NCBI GenBank assembly: GCA_043827405.1
Contig: JBDRPD010000087.1
Coordinates: forward strand, 1-64,000
From: Elusimicrobiota bacterium
GTDB taxonomy: Bacteria; Elusimicrobiota; Elusimicrobia; UBA1565
Length of the DNA: 64,000 nt
Reading direction: 5' to 3'
The position numbers and the translations under genes are program-made. Under the pieces are notes generated by a model. The model worked only from the letters and a program-made list of their open reading frames with translations. It ran no database searches and had not been told where the DNA came from. This document shows, piece after piece, positions 38,788-49,718 of this stretch (the stretch's first letter is position 1; each line of letters begins with the position of its first letter).

Positions 38788-39675
38788 ATGACCCTAGAAC
38801 GCTCAGAAGAAATCGGACTCAAGCTGGTGGCGCGCGGCAAGGTCCGCGACATCTACGCCCTCGGCGGCGACCGGCTGCTCCTGATCGCAACCGACCGCAT
38901 CTCGGCTTTCGACCATGTGCTGTCCCCGGCCATCCCCGGCAAGGGACGCATCCTCACCCAAACCTCCGCTTTCTGGTTTAACAAGATGCGGAAGGTGGTC
39001 CCTAATCACTTCATCTCGGCGGACCTCGGCGATATTCGCCGCTCCCTGCCGAAGACCGCCCGCCTGGACTCCGCGGAGTACGCCGGGCGCGTCACCCTGG
39101 CGCACCGCGCCCGGCGCATCGACACGGAGTGCGTTGTCCGGGGATATCTCGCGGGCTCCGCCTGGAGCGAATACCGGAAAACCGGCGCGGTCTGCGGCCA
39201 CCGGCTGCCCAAGGGGCTGCGCATGGGCGAGCGCCTCAAGCTGCCGATCTTCACGCCTGCGACCAAGGCCGATACGGGCCACGATGAGAACATCAGCCGC
39301 GAGCGGCTTGCCGACCTGGTCGGCTCCGAGCTGGCGTACGAGCTGGAAGTATACAGCATCCGCCTCTATACCGAAGCCGCGCAGTATCTGGACGAGCGCG
39401 GCCTAATCCTCGCCGACACCAAATTTGAATTCGGCTTTATCGACAACCGGCTTTCGGTCATTGACGAGATGCTGACGCCGGACTCTTCGCGCCTATGGGA
39501 AAAAGCGAAGTATCGGATCGGCCGGTCGCCGGCCAGCTTCGACAAGCAGTTCGTGCGCGACTATCTCGAAAAACAGGCCTGGAACAAGCAGCCCCCGGCT
39601 CCGACGCTCCCGCCGTCGGTCGTCGCCGGCACCACCCAGCGCTACCAAGAGGCGTATGAGAGGCTGACCCAATGA
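38788..39675 (+). CDS. purC: SAICAR synthase
   Basis: GKVRDIY, DRISAFD, ECVVRGYLAGS, DTKFEFG, DEMLTPDSSR; start approximate (GTG 38782 possible). Confidence 0.95.
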   Translation: MTLERSEEIGLKLVARGKVRDIYALGGDRLLLIATDRISAFDHVLSPAIPGKGRILTQTSAFWFNKMRKVVPNHFISADLGDIRRSLPKTARLDSAEYAGRVTLAHRARRIDTECVVRGYLAGSAWSEYRKTGAVCGHRLPKGLRMGERLKLPIFTPATKADTGHDENISRERLADLVGSELAYELEVYSIRLYTEAAQYLDERGLILADTKFEFGFIDNRLSVIDEMLTPDSSRLWEKAKYRIGRSPASFDKQFVRDYLEKQAWNKQPPAPTLPPSVVAGTTQRYQEAYERLTQ

Positions 39676-40190
39676 GCATCCAGCATAAACACAACGGCAC
39701 GGCGGTCAAGGTCCCCCCCCGCTACCGCATCGAAGTGGCGGCGAAATACGGACAGGATGACCCGCACGGCGCCGCCCTGAGCTCGCAGCTCGCGTCCATC
39801 GGGCTGCCCGCCAGCCTCGACGTCCGCGTCTCCTCGCTCTACGAGCTGATCGGAACGATGACCAAGCATCACATTCAGACGCTGTCCCGGGACCTGCTGA
39901 CTGATCCCATAACCCAGGAATTTCGCCTGGACGATACCGCCTCATCACCGGCCTTCCTCATCGGGCCCCACTGGCGCGTGGAGGTGTGGCTTAAACCCAC
40001 GGTGACCGATCCGACCGGCGAGAGCGTGCGCGAGGCGGTCGGCGATCTCGGTCTGCCGCGGCCGGAACAGGTGCGTACAGGAACGGCCTACCGCATCCTC
40101 GGCAACGCCCGGCGCCCGCAGATCGACAGGCTCCTCAACAAGCTGCTGTCCAACCCGCTGATCCACGAGACGATCGTGCAGGAGCTATGA
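39672..40190 (+). CDS. purS: FGAM synthase PurS-like subunit with two tandem PurS-like repeats
   Basis: DP.G...L...G...LLTDPI and VEVWLKPTVTDPTG...LG...VRTG...LLSNPLI; lies between purC and purL. Confidence 0.75.
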   Translation: MSIQHKHNGTAVKVPPRYRIEVAAKYGQDDPHGAALSSQLASIGLPASLDVRVSSLYELIGTMTKHHIQTLSRDLLTDPITQEFRLDDTASSPAFLIGPHWRVEVWLKPTVTDPTGESVREAVGDLGLPRPEQVRTGTAYRILGNARRPQIDRLLNKLLSNPLIHETIVQEL

Positions 40191-42661
40191 AGACCGCTGC
40201 GCCGCCGCCGCCCGTCAAGACCGTCGCCGCCAGCCCTTGGGAGGAGCCTTGGCTCACCGCGCCCCTGGCGAAACTGACGGCGGCCGACGCCCGCTGCGGC
40301 TGGTCGCTCAACGCCGAAGAGCTCAAGACGATACAGGCGCACTTCCGCACCCTCGACCGCGAGCCGACGCACGCCGAGATAGAGACCATCGCCCAGACCT
40401 GGTCGGAGCACTGCAAGCACAAGACCTTCACCAGTCCCATTTGCTATCAGGAAGGCCGCAGCAAAAAGCGCTATAAAAGCCTGCTCGACGAAACGATCAA
40501 GGCCGCGACCAAGCGCCTCAATAGAAGTTGGTGCCTCTCCGTCTTTTCCGACAACGCGGGGGTCGTGCAATTCGACAAGAAATGGGCCCTCGCCTACAAA
40601 GTCGAGACGCACAACCATCCCTGCGCCATAGAACCGTACGGCGGCGCGGAAACGGGCGTGGGCGGCGTGATCCGCGACATTCTCGGCGTAGGTTTGGGCG
40701 CGAAACCCATACTCAATACCGATATCTTCTGCTTCGCCCCGCCCGACTATAAGGGCACGCTGCCCAACGGCACCCTGCACCCGCGCCGCACCATGAAGGG
40801 CGTGGTCTCAGGCGTCCGGGACTACGGCAACCGCATGGGCATCCCGACGGCCTCCGGAGCGATCTGGTTCGACGAAGCCTACCGGTTCAACCCCCTCATT
40901 TTTGTGGGCACGGTCGGTCTGATGCCGATCGGCGCCGTCAAGAAGCGCGTCGCCCCCGGCGACATCATCCTGGCGGTCGGCGGCCGCACCGGCCGCGACG
41001 GCATCCACGGCGCGACGTTCTCCTCCGCCGACCTCAACGGAAGCGAGGGAGCGTCCGTGGTTCAGATCGGACACGCGATCAATGAGAAGCGCATGCTCGA
41101 CGCCCTGCTGCGCGCGCGCGACCTAAAGCTCTACCGCGCGCTGACGGATTGCGGCGCCGGCGGCTTCTCTTCGGCGATCGGAGAACTGGCCGTTGACGCC
41201 GGCGCCCGCGGCGGCGCGAACGTTCAGCTCAAAGGCTCCCTACTGAAGGCGGCGGATCTCGATCCTTGGGAGATATGGATATCCGAATCGCAGGAGCGCA
41301 TGGTCCTGGCCGTCCCGCCCAAGAATCTTAAAGCGATCCAGGACCTGTTCGCGACGGAAGGCGTCGAAACCTGCGCCCTGGGCGCCTTCGCCAACACCGG
41401 ACGGCTTACCGTCCGCCACGATGGAGAAACCCTCGTGGATCTGGACCTGCGTTTCCTGCACAACGGCCTGCCGCGGCGCGAACGCAGCGCCGTATGGAAC
41501 CCGCCGGCGAAAAACGGCGCGGTCAAACGCGGCGGCCGGGAAGACGTACGCCGCCAAATACCCGATATTCTGCGGTGGATGCTCGCGCACCCCAACGTTT
41601 GCAGCCGCGAATGGGTCATCCGCCAGTATGATCACGAGGTTCTGGCCGGCACGGTAGTCAAACCGCTGCACGGCCTGCACCATGACGGCCCGGGCGACGC
41701 CAGCGTTTTCTGGCCGACCGCCGTCACCGGCGAAACGAAATCCTATAGGGGGCTGGCGGTCTCCCACGGCATCAACCCCAACTACGGCAAGATCGATCCG
41801 CACGCCATGGCGCTGCTCGCGGTTGACGAGGCCCTAGGCAACCTGGTCTGCGTGGGCGCGGATGTAAGCCGGGCGTCCATGCTTGATAACTTTTGCTGGG
41901 GCAACCCGGACGACCCGCAGACTTTGGGCGCGCTGGTGCGGGCCGCCCAAGGCTGCCACGATGCCTCGATCGGCTATGGCGTGCCGTTTATTTCCGGCAA
42001 GGACAGCCTCAATAATGAGTACACCGACCCCAAGGGCGTCCGGCACGCGATCCCGGGCACGCTGCTAATATCCGCGCTCGCCCCGGTACCCGATATCCGC
42101 AAAGCGGTCACCATGGATTTCAAGAATCCGGGCAACCCCATCTACCTGGTCGGCGCCACGCGCGACGAGCTCGGCGCGTCCCTATACGCCGAGTGGAGCG
42201 GGAAGCACGAAGGACGCCTGCCCGCGGTCGACTGCAAATGCGCCCGCGCGACGCTGGCGGCGGTACAGAACGCGAGCGCCAAAGGCGTTGTGCGCAGCGC
42301 CCACAACCTCTCCGAGGGCGGGCTGGCGGTCGCACTCTCCGAAATGGCGTTCTCGGGAGACATCGGCGCCCAGATCGACCTTGACCGCATGCTCCGCGCC
42401 AAGGAAATCTGCGACGAGGCGACGCTGCTGTTCTCGGAATCGCCGAGCCGGTTCCTGCTTGAAATAGACGCCGATAAGGAAAAGACCATCGCCAAGCTGT
42501 TCCGGGGAGTCCCGCTGGCGCGTATCGGCGCCACCATCGCCAACCCCGTCCTGCGCATCGTCAGCCTCGACGGACGGCTGTTGATGGAGGAAGGAGTACG
42601 CGAGCTCAAGGCCGCCTGGAAAGAGACGCTGCCGACCATGCTCGACGGGAGGAAACGATGA
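40187..42661 (+). CDS. purL: FGAM synthase subunit PurL
   Basis: WSEHCKHK, ETHNHP, TGRDGIHGA, DCGAGG, SESQERM, QYDHEV, SGKDSL. Confidence 0.96.
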   Translation: MKTAAPPPPVKTVAASPWEEPWLTAPLAKLTAADARCGWSLNAEELKTIQAHFRTLDREPTHAEIETIAQTWSEHCKHKTFTSPICYQEGRSKKRYKSLLDETIKAATKRLNRSWCLSVFSDNAGVVQFDKKWALAYKVETHNHPCAIEPYGGAETGVGGVIRDILGVGLGAKPILNTDIFCFAPPDYKGTLPNGTLHPRRTMKGVVSGVRDYGNRMGIPTASGAIWFDEAYRFNPLIFVGTVGLMPIGAVKKRVAPGDIILAVGGRTGRDGIHGATFSSADLNGSEGASVVQIGHAINEKRMLDALLRARDLKLYRALTDCGAGGFSSAIGELAVDAGARGGANVQLKGSLLKAADLDPWEIWISESQERMVLAVPPKNLKAIQDLFATEGVETCALGAFANTGRLTVRHDGETLVDLDLRFLHNGLPRRERSAVWNPPAKNGAVKRGGREDVRRQIPDILRWMLAHPNVCSREWVIRQYDHEVLAGTVVKPLHGLHHDGPGDASVFWPTAVTGETKSYRGLAVSHGINPNYGKIDPHAMALLAVDEALGNLVCVGADVSRASMLDNFCWGNPDDPQTLGALVRAAQGCHDASIGYGVPFISGKDSLNNEYTDPKGVRHAIPGTLLISALAPVPDIRKAVTMDFKNPGNPIYLVGATRDELGASLYAEWSGKHEGRLPAVDCKCARATLAAVQNASAKGVVRSAHNLSEGGLAVALSEMAFSGDIGAQIDLDRMLRAKEICDEATLLFSESPSRFLLEIDADKEKTIAKLFRGVPLARIGATIANPVLRIVSLDGRLLMEEGVRELKAAWKETLPTMLDGRKR

Positions 42662-43431
42662 AAGCTCCCAAGATAATGATCCTCCGCACCGCGGGCACGA
42701 ATTGCGACGTGGAGACCGCCGCCGCCTTCAAGCTGGCCGGCGGCGCCCCCGAGATGGTCCATATCCGCGAGCTGAAAACCGGGAAGAAAAAGGTCTTCGA
42801 CTACGCCATCCTGGCCATCCCCGGGGGCTTCTCCTACGGAGACGACGTCAGCGCCGGCAGAATCCTCGCCAACGAGATCCGCAACCGGGTAAAGGATATC
42901 CGCGCCTTTATCCGCAGCGGCCGCCCGGTACTGGGTATTTGCAACGGCTTCCAGGCGCTGGTCAAGGCGGGCATCCTGCCGTACTCTCCCTCCGGCGAGC
43001 AGGTAGCATCGCTCGCCCACAACGACACCAACCGTTTCGAAACGCGCTGGGTACGGCTGCGGCTCAATCTGCAGAGCCAGTCGCTGTTCACGCAGGGGCT
43101 GCCGGAAATCATCGAGCTGCCCGTCGCGCACGCGGAAGGCAGGTTCGTCGTGAAGTCGCCCAAGATTCTGGAGACGCTGAAGAAGAGCCGCGCGATCATC
43201 ATGCAGTACGTCAACGAAGAGGGCAAATTTTCCGGCTTCCCCTACAACCCCAACGGCTCGCTGTTTAATATCGCCGCCATCACGAACCCCGAAGGGAACT
43301 GTCTGGGGATGATGCCGCATCCCGAGCGCTACACCACGCGCTACCATCATCCGAGCTGGACCCGGCACACGTTCGTGAAGGACGGGGTCGGTCTGGAAAT
43401 TTTCCGCAACGCCGTAAAGTACGTAAATTAG
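42658..43431 (+). CDS. purQ: FGAM synthase glutaminase subunit PurQ
   Basis: GTNC, GGFSYGD, GICNGFQ, NPNGS, MMPHPER. Confidence 0.96.
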   Translation: MKAPKIMILRTAGTNCDVETAAAFKLAGGAPEMVHIRELKTGKKKVFDYAILAIPGGFSYGDDVSAGRILANEIRNRVKDIRAFIRSGRPVLGICNGFQALVKAGILPYSPSGEQVASLAHNDTNRFETRWVRLRLNLQSQSLFTQGLPEIIELPVAHAEGRFVVKSPKILETLKKSRAIIMQYVNEEGKFSGFPYNPNGSLFNIAAITNPEGNCLGMMPHPERYTTRYHHPSWTRHTFVKDGVGLEIFRNAVKYVN

Positions 43432-43454
43432 CCGGCCCAGGAGGTGGCGGATCG

Positions 43455-44891
43455 ATGTGCGGTATCGTCGGCATTGCCGATCACAAGGATGCGTCTCAAC
43501 TCGCCTATCTAGGCCTGTTCGCGCTGCAGCACCGCGGCCAGGAGGCCGCCGGCATCATCATGTCCCATCGCGGACGGCTCGCCGGCCGCATCGCGCTGGG
43601 GCTGGTCGCGGAAGCGTTTCCGGAAGCGGCGCTCAGGAGCCTTAAGGGACGCACGGCCGTCGGCCACGTGCGCTACGCGACGGCGGGCGGCGGGGGTTTG
43701 CGCAACGCCCAGCCGCTCGTTTTCGCCACCCGCCACGGCCAAATCTCCGTATCGCACAACGGCACGCTGACCAATGCGCTGTCGCTGCGCCGCCGCCTGG
43801 AGCGCGACGGCGCGATCTTTCGCAGCACGACCGACAGCGAGGTCGTGGTGCACTTGATCGCCCGCCGCCAGGGAACGGTGGAGCAGGCGATCGCGGAATC
43901 CCTGCGCCTCCTGGAAGGCGCCTACTCCTTCATCTTCCAAACTCCCGACAAGCTCATCGCCGCGCGCGACCCCCTGGGCTTCCGTCCGCTGTGTCTCGGC
44001 CGGATCGGGCGCGCCTACGTCTTCGCCTCCGAGACCACGGCGCTTAATCACATGGGCGCGCGGCTGGTGCGCGAGATCGAGCCCGGCGAGATCGTGATTG
44101 TCGAAGGGCGCAAGCTGCGCAGCCTGCGCATTCTCGCTCCCCGCCGTGCTTCCGCCTTTTGCGTGTTCGAGCAGATTTACTTCGCGCGGCCCGACTCCAC
44201 CGTCTTCGGCCGCAGCGTACACGCCACGCGCCGCGCCCTCGGCCGGGAGCTGGCCCGCGAGATGTGGGGGCTGGAAGCGGACATCGTTGTTCCCGTCCCC
44301 GACTCCGGAGTCACCGCGGCTCTGGGATTCGCCGGCGAGTCCGGCGTACCGCTTGAGCTGGGCTTCGTACGCAGCCACTACGTTGGACGCTCCTTCATTC
44401 AGCCGGCGCAGATCCTGCGCGACAGCGCGGTATCTCTCAAGCTGGCGCCGGTGCGGGAGATTCTTAAGGGCAAGCGCATCGTGCTGGTGGACGACTCACT
44501 GGTGCGCGGAACAACATCGCAGCGCATCTGCCGCACCCTGCGCGAAGTCGGCGCCAAGAGCATCCACGTGGCGGTCTCCTCGCCGCCGATCATCTCTCCC
44601 TGCTACTACGGGATAGATACCCCGAGCGAGAACGAGCTGCTGTCGGCCAACAATACGCTGGAGCAGACCCGCCGCTTCCTGCATGCGGACTCCATCCACT
44701 TCCTGAGCATCGAGGGGATGCTGCGCGCCGCGAACGCGCCGTGCCGGCGGCGGATCTTCTGCACCGCCTGCTTCACCGGCCGCTATCCGACGCGCATCAC
44801 CGATTTCAGGATCGGGGAAAGCGCGCGCTGCATCGCGCTGCGCAACGGCCGAGCCGCCGCGCAGCCGCCGGACCCGGCGGTCAGGGCATGA
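43455..44891 (+). CDS. purF: Amidophosphoribosyltransferase
   Basis: MCGIVG, QHRGQE, GHVRY, VDDSLVRGTT, PCYYGID, CTACF. Confidence 0.96.
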   Translation: MCGIVGIADHKDASQLAYLGLFALQHRGQEAAGIIMSHRGRLAGRIALGLVAEAFPEAALRSLKGRTAVGHVRYATAGGGGLRNAQPLVFATRHGQISVSHNGTLTNALSLRRRLERDGAIFRSTTDSEVVVHLIARRQGTVEQAIAESLRLLEGAYSFIFQTPDKLIAARDPLGFRPLCLGRIGRAYVFASETTALNHMGARLVREIEPGEIVIVEGRKLRSLRILAPRRASAFCVFEQIYFARPDSTVFGRSVHATRRALGRELAREMWGLEADIVVPVPDSGVTAALGFAGESGVPLELGFVRSHYVGRSFIQPAQILRDSAVSLKLAPVREILKGKRIVLVDDSLVRGTTSQRICRTLREVGAKSIHVAVSSPPIISPCYYGIDTPSENELLSANNTLEQTRRFLHADSIHFLSIEGMLRAANAPCRRRIFCTACFTGRYPTRITDFRIGESARCIALRNGRAAAQPPDPAVRA

Positions 44892-46168
44892 ACGTCTTAC
44901 TCATCGGCTCGGGCGGCAGGGAGCATGCGCTGGCGTGGAAGATCGCACAGAGCCCGCGGCTGGACAAGCTCTACGCCGCCCCCGGATCGAGCGCCATCGG
45001 CGCGCTCGCCGAATGCGTCGAGCTCAGCGTTGCGGACCATGGCGCAACGACGGCCTTTTGCCGCGAGCACCGGATTCATCTCGTCGTCATCGGCCCGGAA
45101 GAGCCGCTGGCCGCCGGGCTGGCGGACGCTCTGCATGCGGCCGGCGTCCCGGTCTTCGGCCCCGCGCGCGCGACCGCGCGCCTGGAATCATCCAAGGCTT
45201 TCGCCAAGGATTTCATGCAGCGTCACGGCATACCGACCGCCGCCGGCGCCGACTTTTCCGATCCGGGCCTGGCGCGACGAGCTCTGGCCGCCTCCGATTT
45301 TCCGCTCGTTATCAAGGCGGACGGCCTGGCCGCCGGCAAGGGCGTAATTGTCTGCCGGGACATGGCGGAGGCCGAGGCGGCCGTCGAAGACCTCATGCTC
45401 AAGGGCGCCCACGGCGGCGCCGGCCGCCGTCTTATTATTGAGGAATGCCTTACCGGACCGGAAGTATCGATCATGGGCCTATGCGACGGCAAGAGGTTCC
45501 TCGCCCTGCCCCCGAGCTCGGATCACAAGCGCCTGCTCGAAGGCGACCGGGGGCCGAACACCGGCGGCATGGGCGTCATCGCGCCGACGCCGCACCTGAG
45601 CGGGGAGCTCGCCCGCCGCGTGCACCGCGAGATCATCGACCCCGTGCTCGCGGGGATGCGGGCCGACGGCCTGCGCTTCAACGGAGTACTTTACTGCGGG
45701 CTGATGCTGACGGCCGACGGGCCGAAAGTCCTCGAATTCAACGTCCGCTTCGGCGACCCCGAAACCCAGGCGGTTCTGCCGCTGCTGCGCTGCGACCTGC
45801 TGGAATGCCTCGACGCGGCCGCCTGCGGCGATTTAAACGAACGCATTCTGCCGTGGGACGGCGCCGCCTTTAATGTGGTGCTGGCCGCGGAAGGCTATCC
45901 GGAAGAACCCATCACCGGACGCATCATCGAGGGCCTCGACGCCGAGATGGACGACGAGGCGCTGGTCTTTCACGCCGGCACGGTGCGGGTGAACGGAGAG
46001 TGGAAAACGAAGGGCGGCCGGGTCCTGAGCGTTACCGGGCTGGGCCGCAACCTGGCGGACGCCCGTGAACGGGCCTACGCCGCGGCGGGCAGGATCCGTT
46101 TCGCCGGAGCGCAGTACCGCCGCGATATCGGGCATCAGGCCATCCGGCCTATGGAGAAAACGGCATGA
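44888..46168 (+). CDS. purD: Phosphoribosylamine-glycine ligase
   Basis: GSGGREHA, KADGLAAGKGV, GPNTGGMG, RFGDPETQ, GGRVL. Confidence 0.96.
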   Translation: MNVLLIGSGGREHALAWKIAQSPRLDKLYAAPGSSAIGALAECVELSVADHGATTAFCREHRIHLVVIGPEEPLAAGLADALHAAGVPVFGPARATARLESSKAFAKDFMQRHGIPTAAGADFSDPGLARRALAASDFPLVIKADGLAAGKGVIVCRDMAEAEAAVEDLMLKGAHGGAGRRLIIEECLTGPEVSIMGLCDGKRFLALPPSSDHKRLLEGDRGPNTGGMGVIAPTPHLSGELARRVHREIIDPVLAGMRADGLRFNGVLYCGLMLTADGPKVLEFNVRFGDPETQAVLPLLRCDLLECLDAAACGDLNERILPWDGAAFNVVLAAEGYPEEPITGRIIEGLDAEMDDEALVFHAGTVRVNGEWKTKGGRVLSVTGLGRNLADARERAYAAAGRIRFAGAQYRRDIGHQAIRPMEKTA

Positions 46169-46656
46169 GCGGAATCGGCGCAGCGATCATAATGGGAAGC
46201 GACTCGGACCTGCCGGTGATGAAGAAAGCCGCCGAACTGCTGGACGATTTCGCCGTCGGCTACCGGATGACGATCGGCTCGGCGCATCGCAGCCCGGAAT
46301 ACGTAGCGGAGTTTGTACGCGCCGCGGAACAGGACGGGGTCGGCGTTTTCATCGCCGCCGCCGGCATGGCCGCGCACCTGGCGGGCGCCGTGGCCGGCCT
46401 CACGACGCGCCCGGTCATCGGCGTGCCCATGGGCTCCAAGCTGGCGGGCTTCGACTCCCTGCTTTCCACGGTACAGATGCCCCGCGGGGTGCCGGTCGCC
46501 ACGGTGGCGATCGACGGCGGCGCCAACGCCGCCCTTCTTGCCGTGCAGATTCTGGCCCTGTCCGACAAGACGCTCGCCGAGCGGCTCACCGCGCACAAGA
46601 AGGAAATGGCGGCGGCGGTCCGCCGCCAAGCCGAAGCTTTGCATTCGCATGCCTGA
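46165..46656 (+). CDS. purE: N5-CAIR mutase
   Basis: [31 protein letters not shown]. Confidence 0.95.
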   Translation: MSGIGAAIIMGSDSDLPVMKKAAELLDDFAVGYRMTIGSAHRSPEYVAEFVRAAEQDGVGVFIAAAGMAAHLAGAVAGLTTRPVIGVPMGSKLAGFDSLLSTVQMPRGVPVATVAIDGGANAALLAVQILALSDKTLAERLTAHKKEMAAAVRRQAEALHSHA

Positions 46657-47941
46657 CCTGCGCATCGCCAACGGCCTCATCATCGACCCCGCATCGGGGC
46701 TGGAAGCCCGCCGCGACCTGCTGGTCCGCCGGGGCAAGGTCGCCGCCATCATCCCCCCGCGCAGCAAAACGCCGACGGCCAGGATCATTGATGCCGCGGG
46801 CTGCTGGGTCGTCCCCGGACTGATCGATATGCATGTGCACCTGCGCGATCCGGGTACGCCGGAAGACGAGACCCTGGAGACCGGCACGCGGGCGGCAGCC
46901 GCCGGCGGCGTGACCACGGTGCTGGCGATGGCCAATACCCGGCCCGTCATCGACACCCCCCAACGAGTCCGCCGCGTCCGCGCGCATGCCCGGCGCCGCG
47001 CCGTCGTCAATGTCCTGGTCGCCGGCGCGGTAACCCGCGGCCTGCGCGGCGAGCGCCTCACCGCCCTCGAGCAGCTCGCCGCCGCCGGCGTCGCCGCCTT
47101 CTCCGATGACGGCCGTCCGGTCATGAACGCGGAGCTCATGCGGCAAGCGCTCCTGCGTGCCCGGCGGCTCAACCTGCCGGTGCTCGACCATGCGGAAGAC
47201 GACCATCTAACCGGCGACGGCGTTATGCACGCGGGCCGCCGCGCGACCCGGCTGGGGCTGCCCGGAATCCCCGCCGCCGCGGAAACTTTGATGGCCATGC
47301 GGGATATCGCGCTCGCCGAGCTCACGGGCGGCCGCCTCCACATCTGCCATGTCAGCTGCGCCGGCACGGTCCAGCTCATCCGGAAAGCAAAGAAGCGCGG
47401 AGCGCCGGTGACCGGCGAGGCCGCGCCGCACCACTTCACTTTGACCGACGCCGATATCCCGCGCGCGGGCGCCGATTACAAGATGAAGCCTCCGCTGCGC
47501 GGGCGCGCCGACCGCAAGGCTATCATCGCCGGCCTGGCGGACGGGACCCTGGACGCCATCGCGACCGATCACGCGCCTCACGCGCCCGCGAAAAAGGCGC
47601 GCGGCCTGCGCACGGCGCCGTTCGGCATCATCGGCCTGGAAACTTTGCTCCCCCTGTCGCTGGCGCTCGTCAGGCGCGGACAGCTGACCCGCCGGCGTCT
47701 GATCGAATTGCTCTCCGCCGCTCCGGCCGCGATCCTCGGCCTAAAGACCAAGGGGCATCTCCGCCCGCACCGTGCCGACGCTGATATTACGATTATCGAC
47801 CCGCAAGCGTGCTGGCGAGCCCCGCGCCGCGGCGCCTCGCGCAGCCGCAATACGCCGTTTGCCGGACGCCGGCTGCGCGGACGGGCCCGCGCCACTATCG
47901 TCGGCGGCGAAGTCGTCCATCTGCAGGAGGCCGTGCGATGA
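46649..47941 (+). CDS. pyrC: Dihydroorotase (type I)
   Basis: [45 protein letters not shown]. Confidence 0.93.
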   Translation: MPDLRIANGLIIDPASGLEARRDLLVRRGKVAAIIPPRSKTPTARIIDAAGCWVVPGLIDMHVHLRDPGTPEDETLETGTRAAAAGGVTTVLAMANTRPVIDTPQRVRRVRAHARRRAVVNVLVAGAVTRGLRGERLTALEQLAAAGVAAFSDDGRPVMNAELMRQALLRARRLNLPVLDHAEDDHLTGDGVMHAGRRATRLGLPGIPAAAETLMAMRDIALAELTGGRLHICHVSCAGTVQLIRKAKKRGAPVTGEAAPHHFTLTDADIPRAGADYKMKPPLRGRADRKAIIAGLADGTLDAIATDHAPHAPAKKARGLRTAPFGIIGLETLLPLSLALVRRGQLTRRRLIELLSAAPAAILGLKTKGHLRPHRADADITIIDPQACWRAPRRGASRSRNTPFAGRRLRGRARATIVGGEVVHLQEAVR

Positions 47942-48633
47942 GAAAATGCGCCCTCGGGCTGCTGCTCCTCGGCGCCGCTTTGGCCGCCTGCGATGACGGA
48001 GCATCGCAGCAGGAACCCGCGGAGGAAGCCGCGCCGGCGGGAAATGTCTCCTCGTCCGGCGGCGGCGGCGGACAGGTCAGCGTGCAGCGCAACCCCCAGG
48101 CGCGCGGCGCGATCGAAGAGCGCTACGAAAAGGCCCTGCAGTCCATAAAGAAGCGCGAGTGGGACAATGCGCATGACGAGCTGACCGACGCCCTCAAGCG
48201 CGGACAAGGCCACGCGATGGAAAGCGATATTCGCCAGCAGATCAAGGTCGCCGAGCAGGGCCTCCTCGCTCAGCCGACCTACGAGGCGGCCGACCTGATG
48301 CAGAACTCCGCCAATTTCTTTGGCCGCCGGGTCTCGGTGCGAGGAACCCTTGTCCCCGGCGGTAAAGTCGGCCGGGCATCCCATTACTTTTGGATCCGTA
48401 CCGCCCGGCGCAAAATCCAGGCCCGCTACGGCAAGCTCTCCCTCGACGACAAGAAGACCATCCTCCTGCTGAAGGAAGGAGCGCTCGTGCTGGGACGCGG
48501 CTCCCTGAAGGAGCCCTGGGGCACCAACCCCAACCCCTACCTCGAACTCTCTTATTTCCGGCTGGAAAAGCTCTCGCCGGAGCGCGCGGCGGCGCAAAAG
48601 AAGCGCCGCGCCGGCGAGCAGGATGCGCCATGA
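47938..48633 (+). CDS. Hypothetical lipoprotein
   Basis: MRK-hydrophobic-LAAC lipobox; SD AGGAGG; ATGA overlaps with pyrC and pyrD. Confidence 0.75.
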   Translation: MRKCALGLLLLGAALAACDDGASQQEPAEEAAPAGNVSSSGGGGGQVSVQRNPQARGAIEERYEKALQSIKKREWDNAHDELTDALKRGQGHAMESDIRQQIKVAEQGLLAQPTYEAADLMQNSANFFGRRVSVRGTLVPGGKVGRASHYFWIRTARRKIQARYGKLSLDDKKTILLLKEGALVLGRGSLKEPWGTNPNPYLELSYFRLEKLSPERAAAQKKRRAGEQDAP

Positions 48634-49718
48634 GCCTCTACGAGCAGGTCCTGCGGCCGCTGCTCTTCCGCCTCGACCCGGAGACGGCGCACGACTGCGC
48701 GGCCCGCGTACTTGAGCTGGCCGGACGCACGCCCTTCGCATATGACCTGATCGCCGCCTCCCGCACCTTCAGCGACCCCGCGCTCAAGAGCGAAACGGCG
48801 GGGCTGCGCTTCCCCAACCCCGTGGGTCTGGCCGCCGGCTTCGACAAGGACTGCCGCCTCGCGGATATCCTGCCGGCTTTCGGTTTCGGCTTTCTGGAGC
48901 TGGGCACGGTCACCGCCCGCCCGCAGCCGGGCAATCCCAGGCCGCGCCTGTTCCGGTTCCCGAAATCCCGGGCGCTGATCAACCGCTTCGGCTTCAACGG
49001 CGCGGGCGCCGACGCGGCCCGCGAGCACCTGCGGCTCCGGCGACGGCGCCTGGTCCCGGTCGGGATCAATATCGGGCTCAACGCCGACGCGGCGCAGCAA
49101 GACGCTCCCGAGGAGTACGCGCGGACCTTCGCCAAGCTTTACCCGCACGGCGACTATTTCGCGGTCAACGTCAGCTCGCCCAACACCAGCGGCCTGCGCC
49201 GCCTGCAGGACAAGCTCGAGCTGGAACGTATCCTGCGCCGCCTGCAGGACCTCAACGGCGACCGCAAGCCGATCTTCGTCAAGCTCTCGCCCGATCTGGA
49301 CCTCGCGGCGCTCGACTCGCTGCTGCCCATGCTCGAAGCGCACGCCGCCGGCGTCATCTGCACCAATACCACGACCTCGCGGCCGGACGTTGACGACGAA
49401 GCCGCCGCCACCCGCGGCGGCCTGAGCGGCGCGCCGCTGCGCGACCTCTCCACCCTCATGATCCGTGAGATTTATCGCCGAACCGGCGGGCGGCTGCCCA
49501 TTATCGGCGTCGGCGGAATCTTCACCGCCGAAGACGCCTACCAAAAGATCTGCGCCGGCGCGAGCATTGTCCAGATTTACACTTCTTTCATCTACCGCGG
49601 CCCCGGGCTGCCGGCGGCCATCAACCGCGGCCTGGCGCGCATCCTGCGCGAGCAGGGGCTCAAGAATATCGGCGCGGCGGTCGGCCGCTCGCATACCGTG
49701 GGAACGGGGGCCGGATGA
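48630..49718 (+). CDS. pyrD: Quinone-dependent dihydroorotate dehydrogenase (class 2)
   Basis: LDPETAH, NPVGLAAGFDK, GNPRPRLFR, NVSSPNT, GGLSG, IIGVGGI. Confidence 0.95.
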   Translation: MSLYEQVLRPLLFRLDPETAHDCAARVLELAGRTPFAYDLIAASRTFSDPALKSETAGLRFPNPVGLAAGFDKDCRLADILPAFGFGFLELGTVTARPQPGNPRPRLFRFPKSRALINRFGFNGAGADAAREHLRLRRRRLVPVGINIGLNADAAQQDAPEEYARTFAKLYPHGDYFAVNVSSPNTSGLRRLQDKLELERILRRLQDLNGDRKPIFVKLSPDLDLAALDSLLPMLEAHAAGVICTNTTTSRPDVDDEAAATRGGLSGAPLRDLSTLMIREIYRRTGGRLPIIGVGGIFTAEDAYQKICAGASIVQIYTSFIYRGPGLPAAINRGLARILREQGLKNIGAAVGRSHTVGTGAG

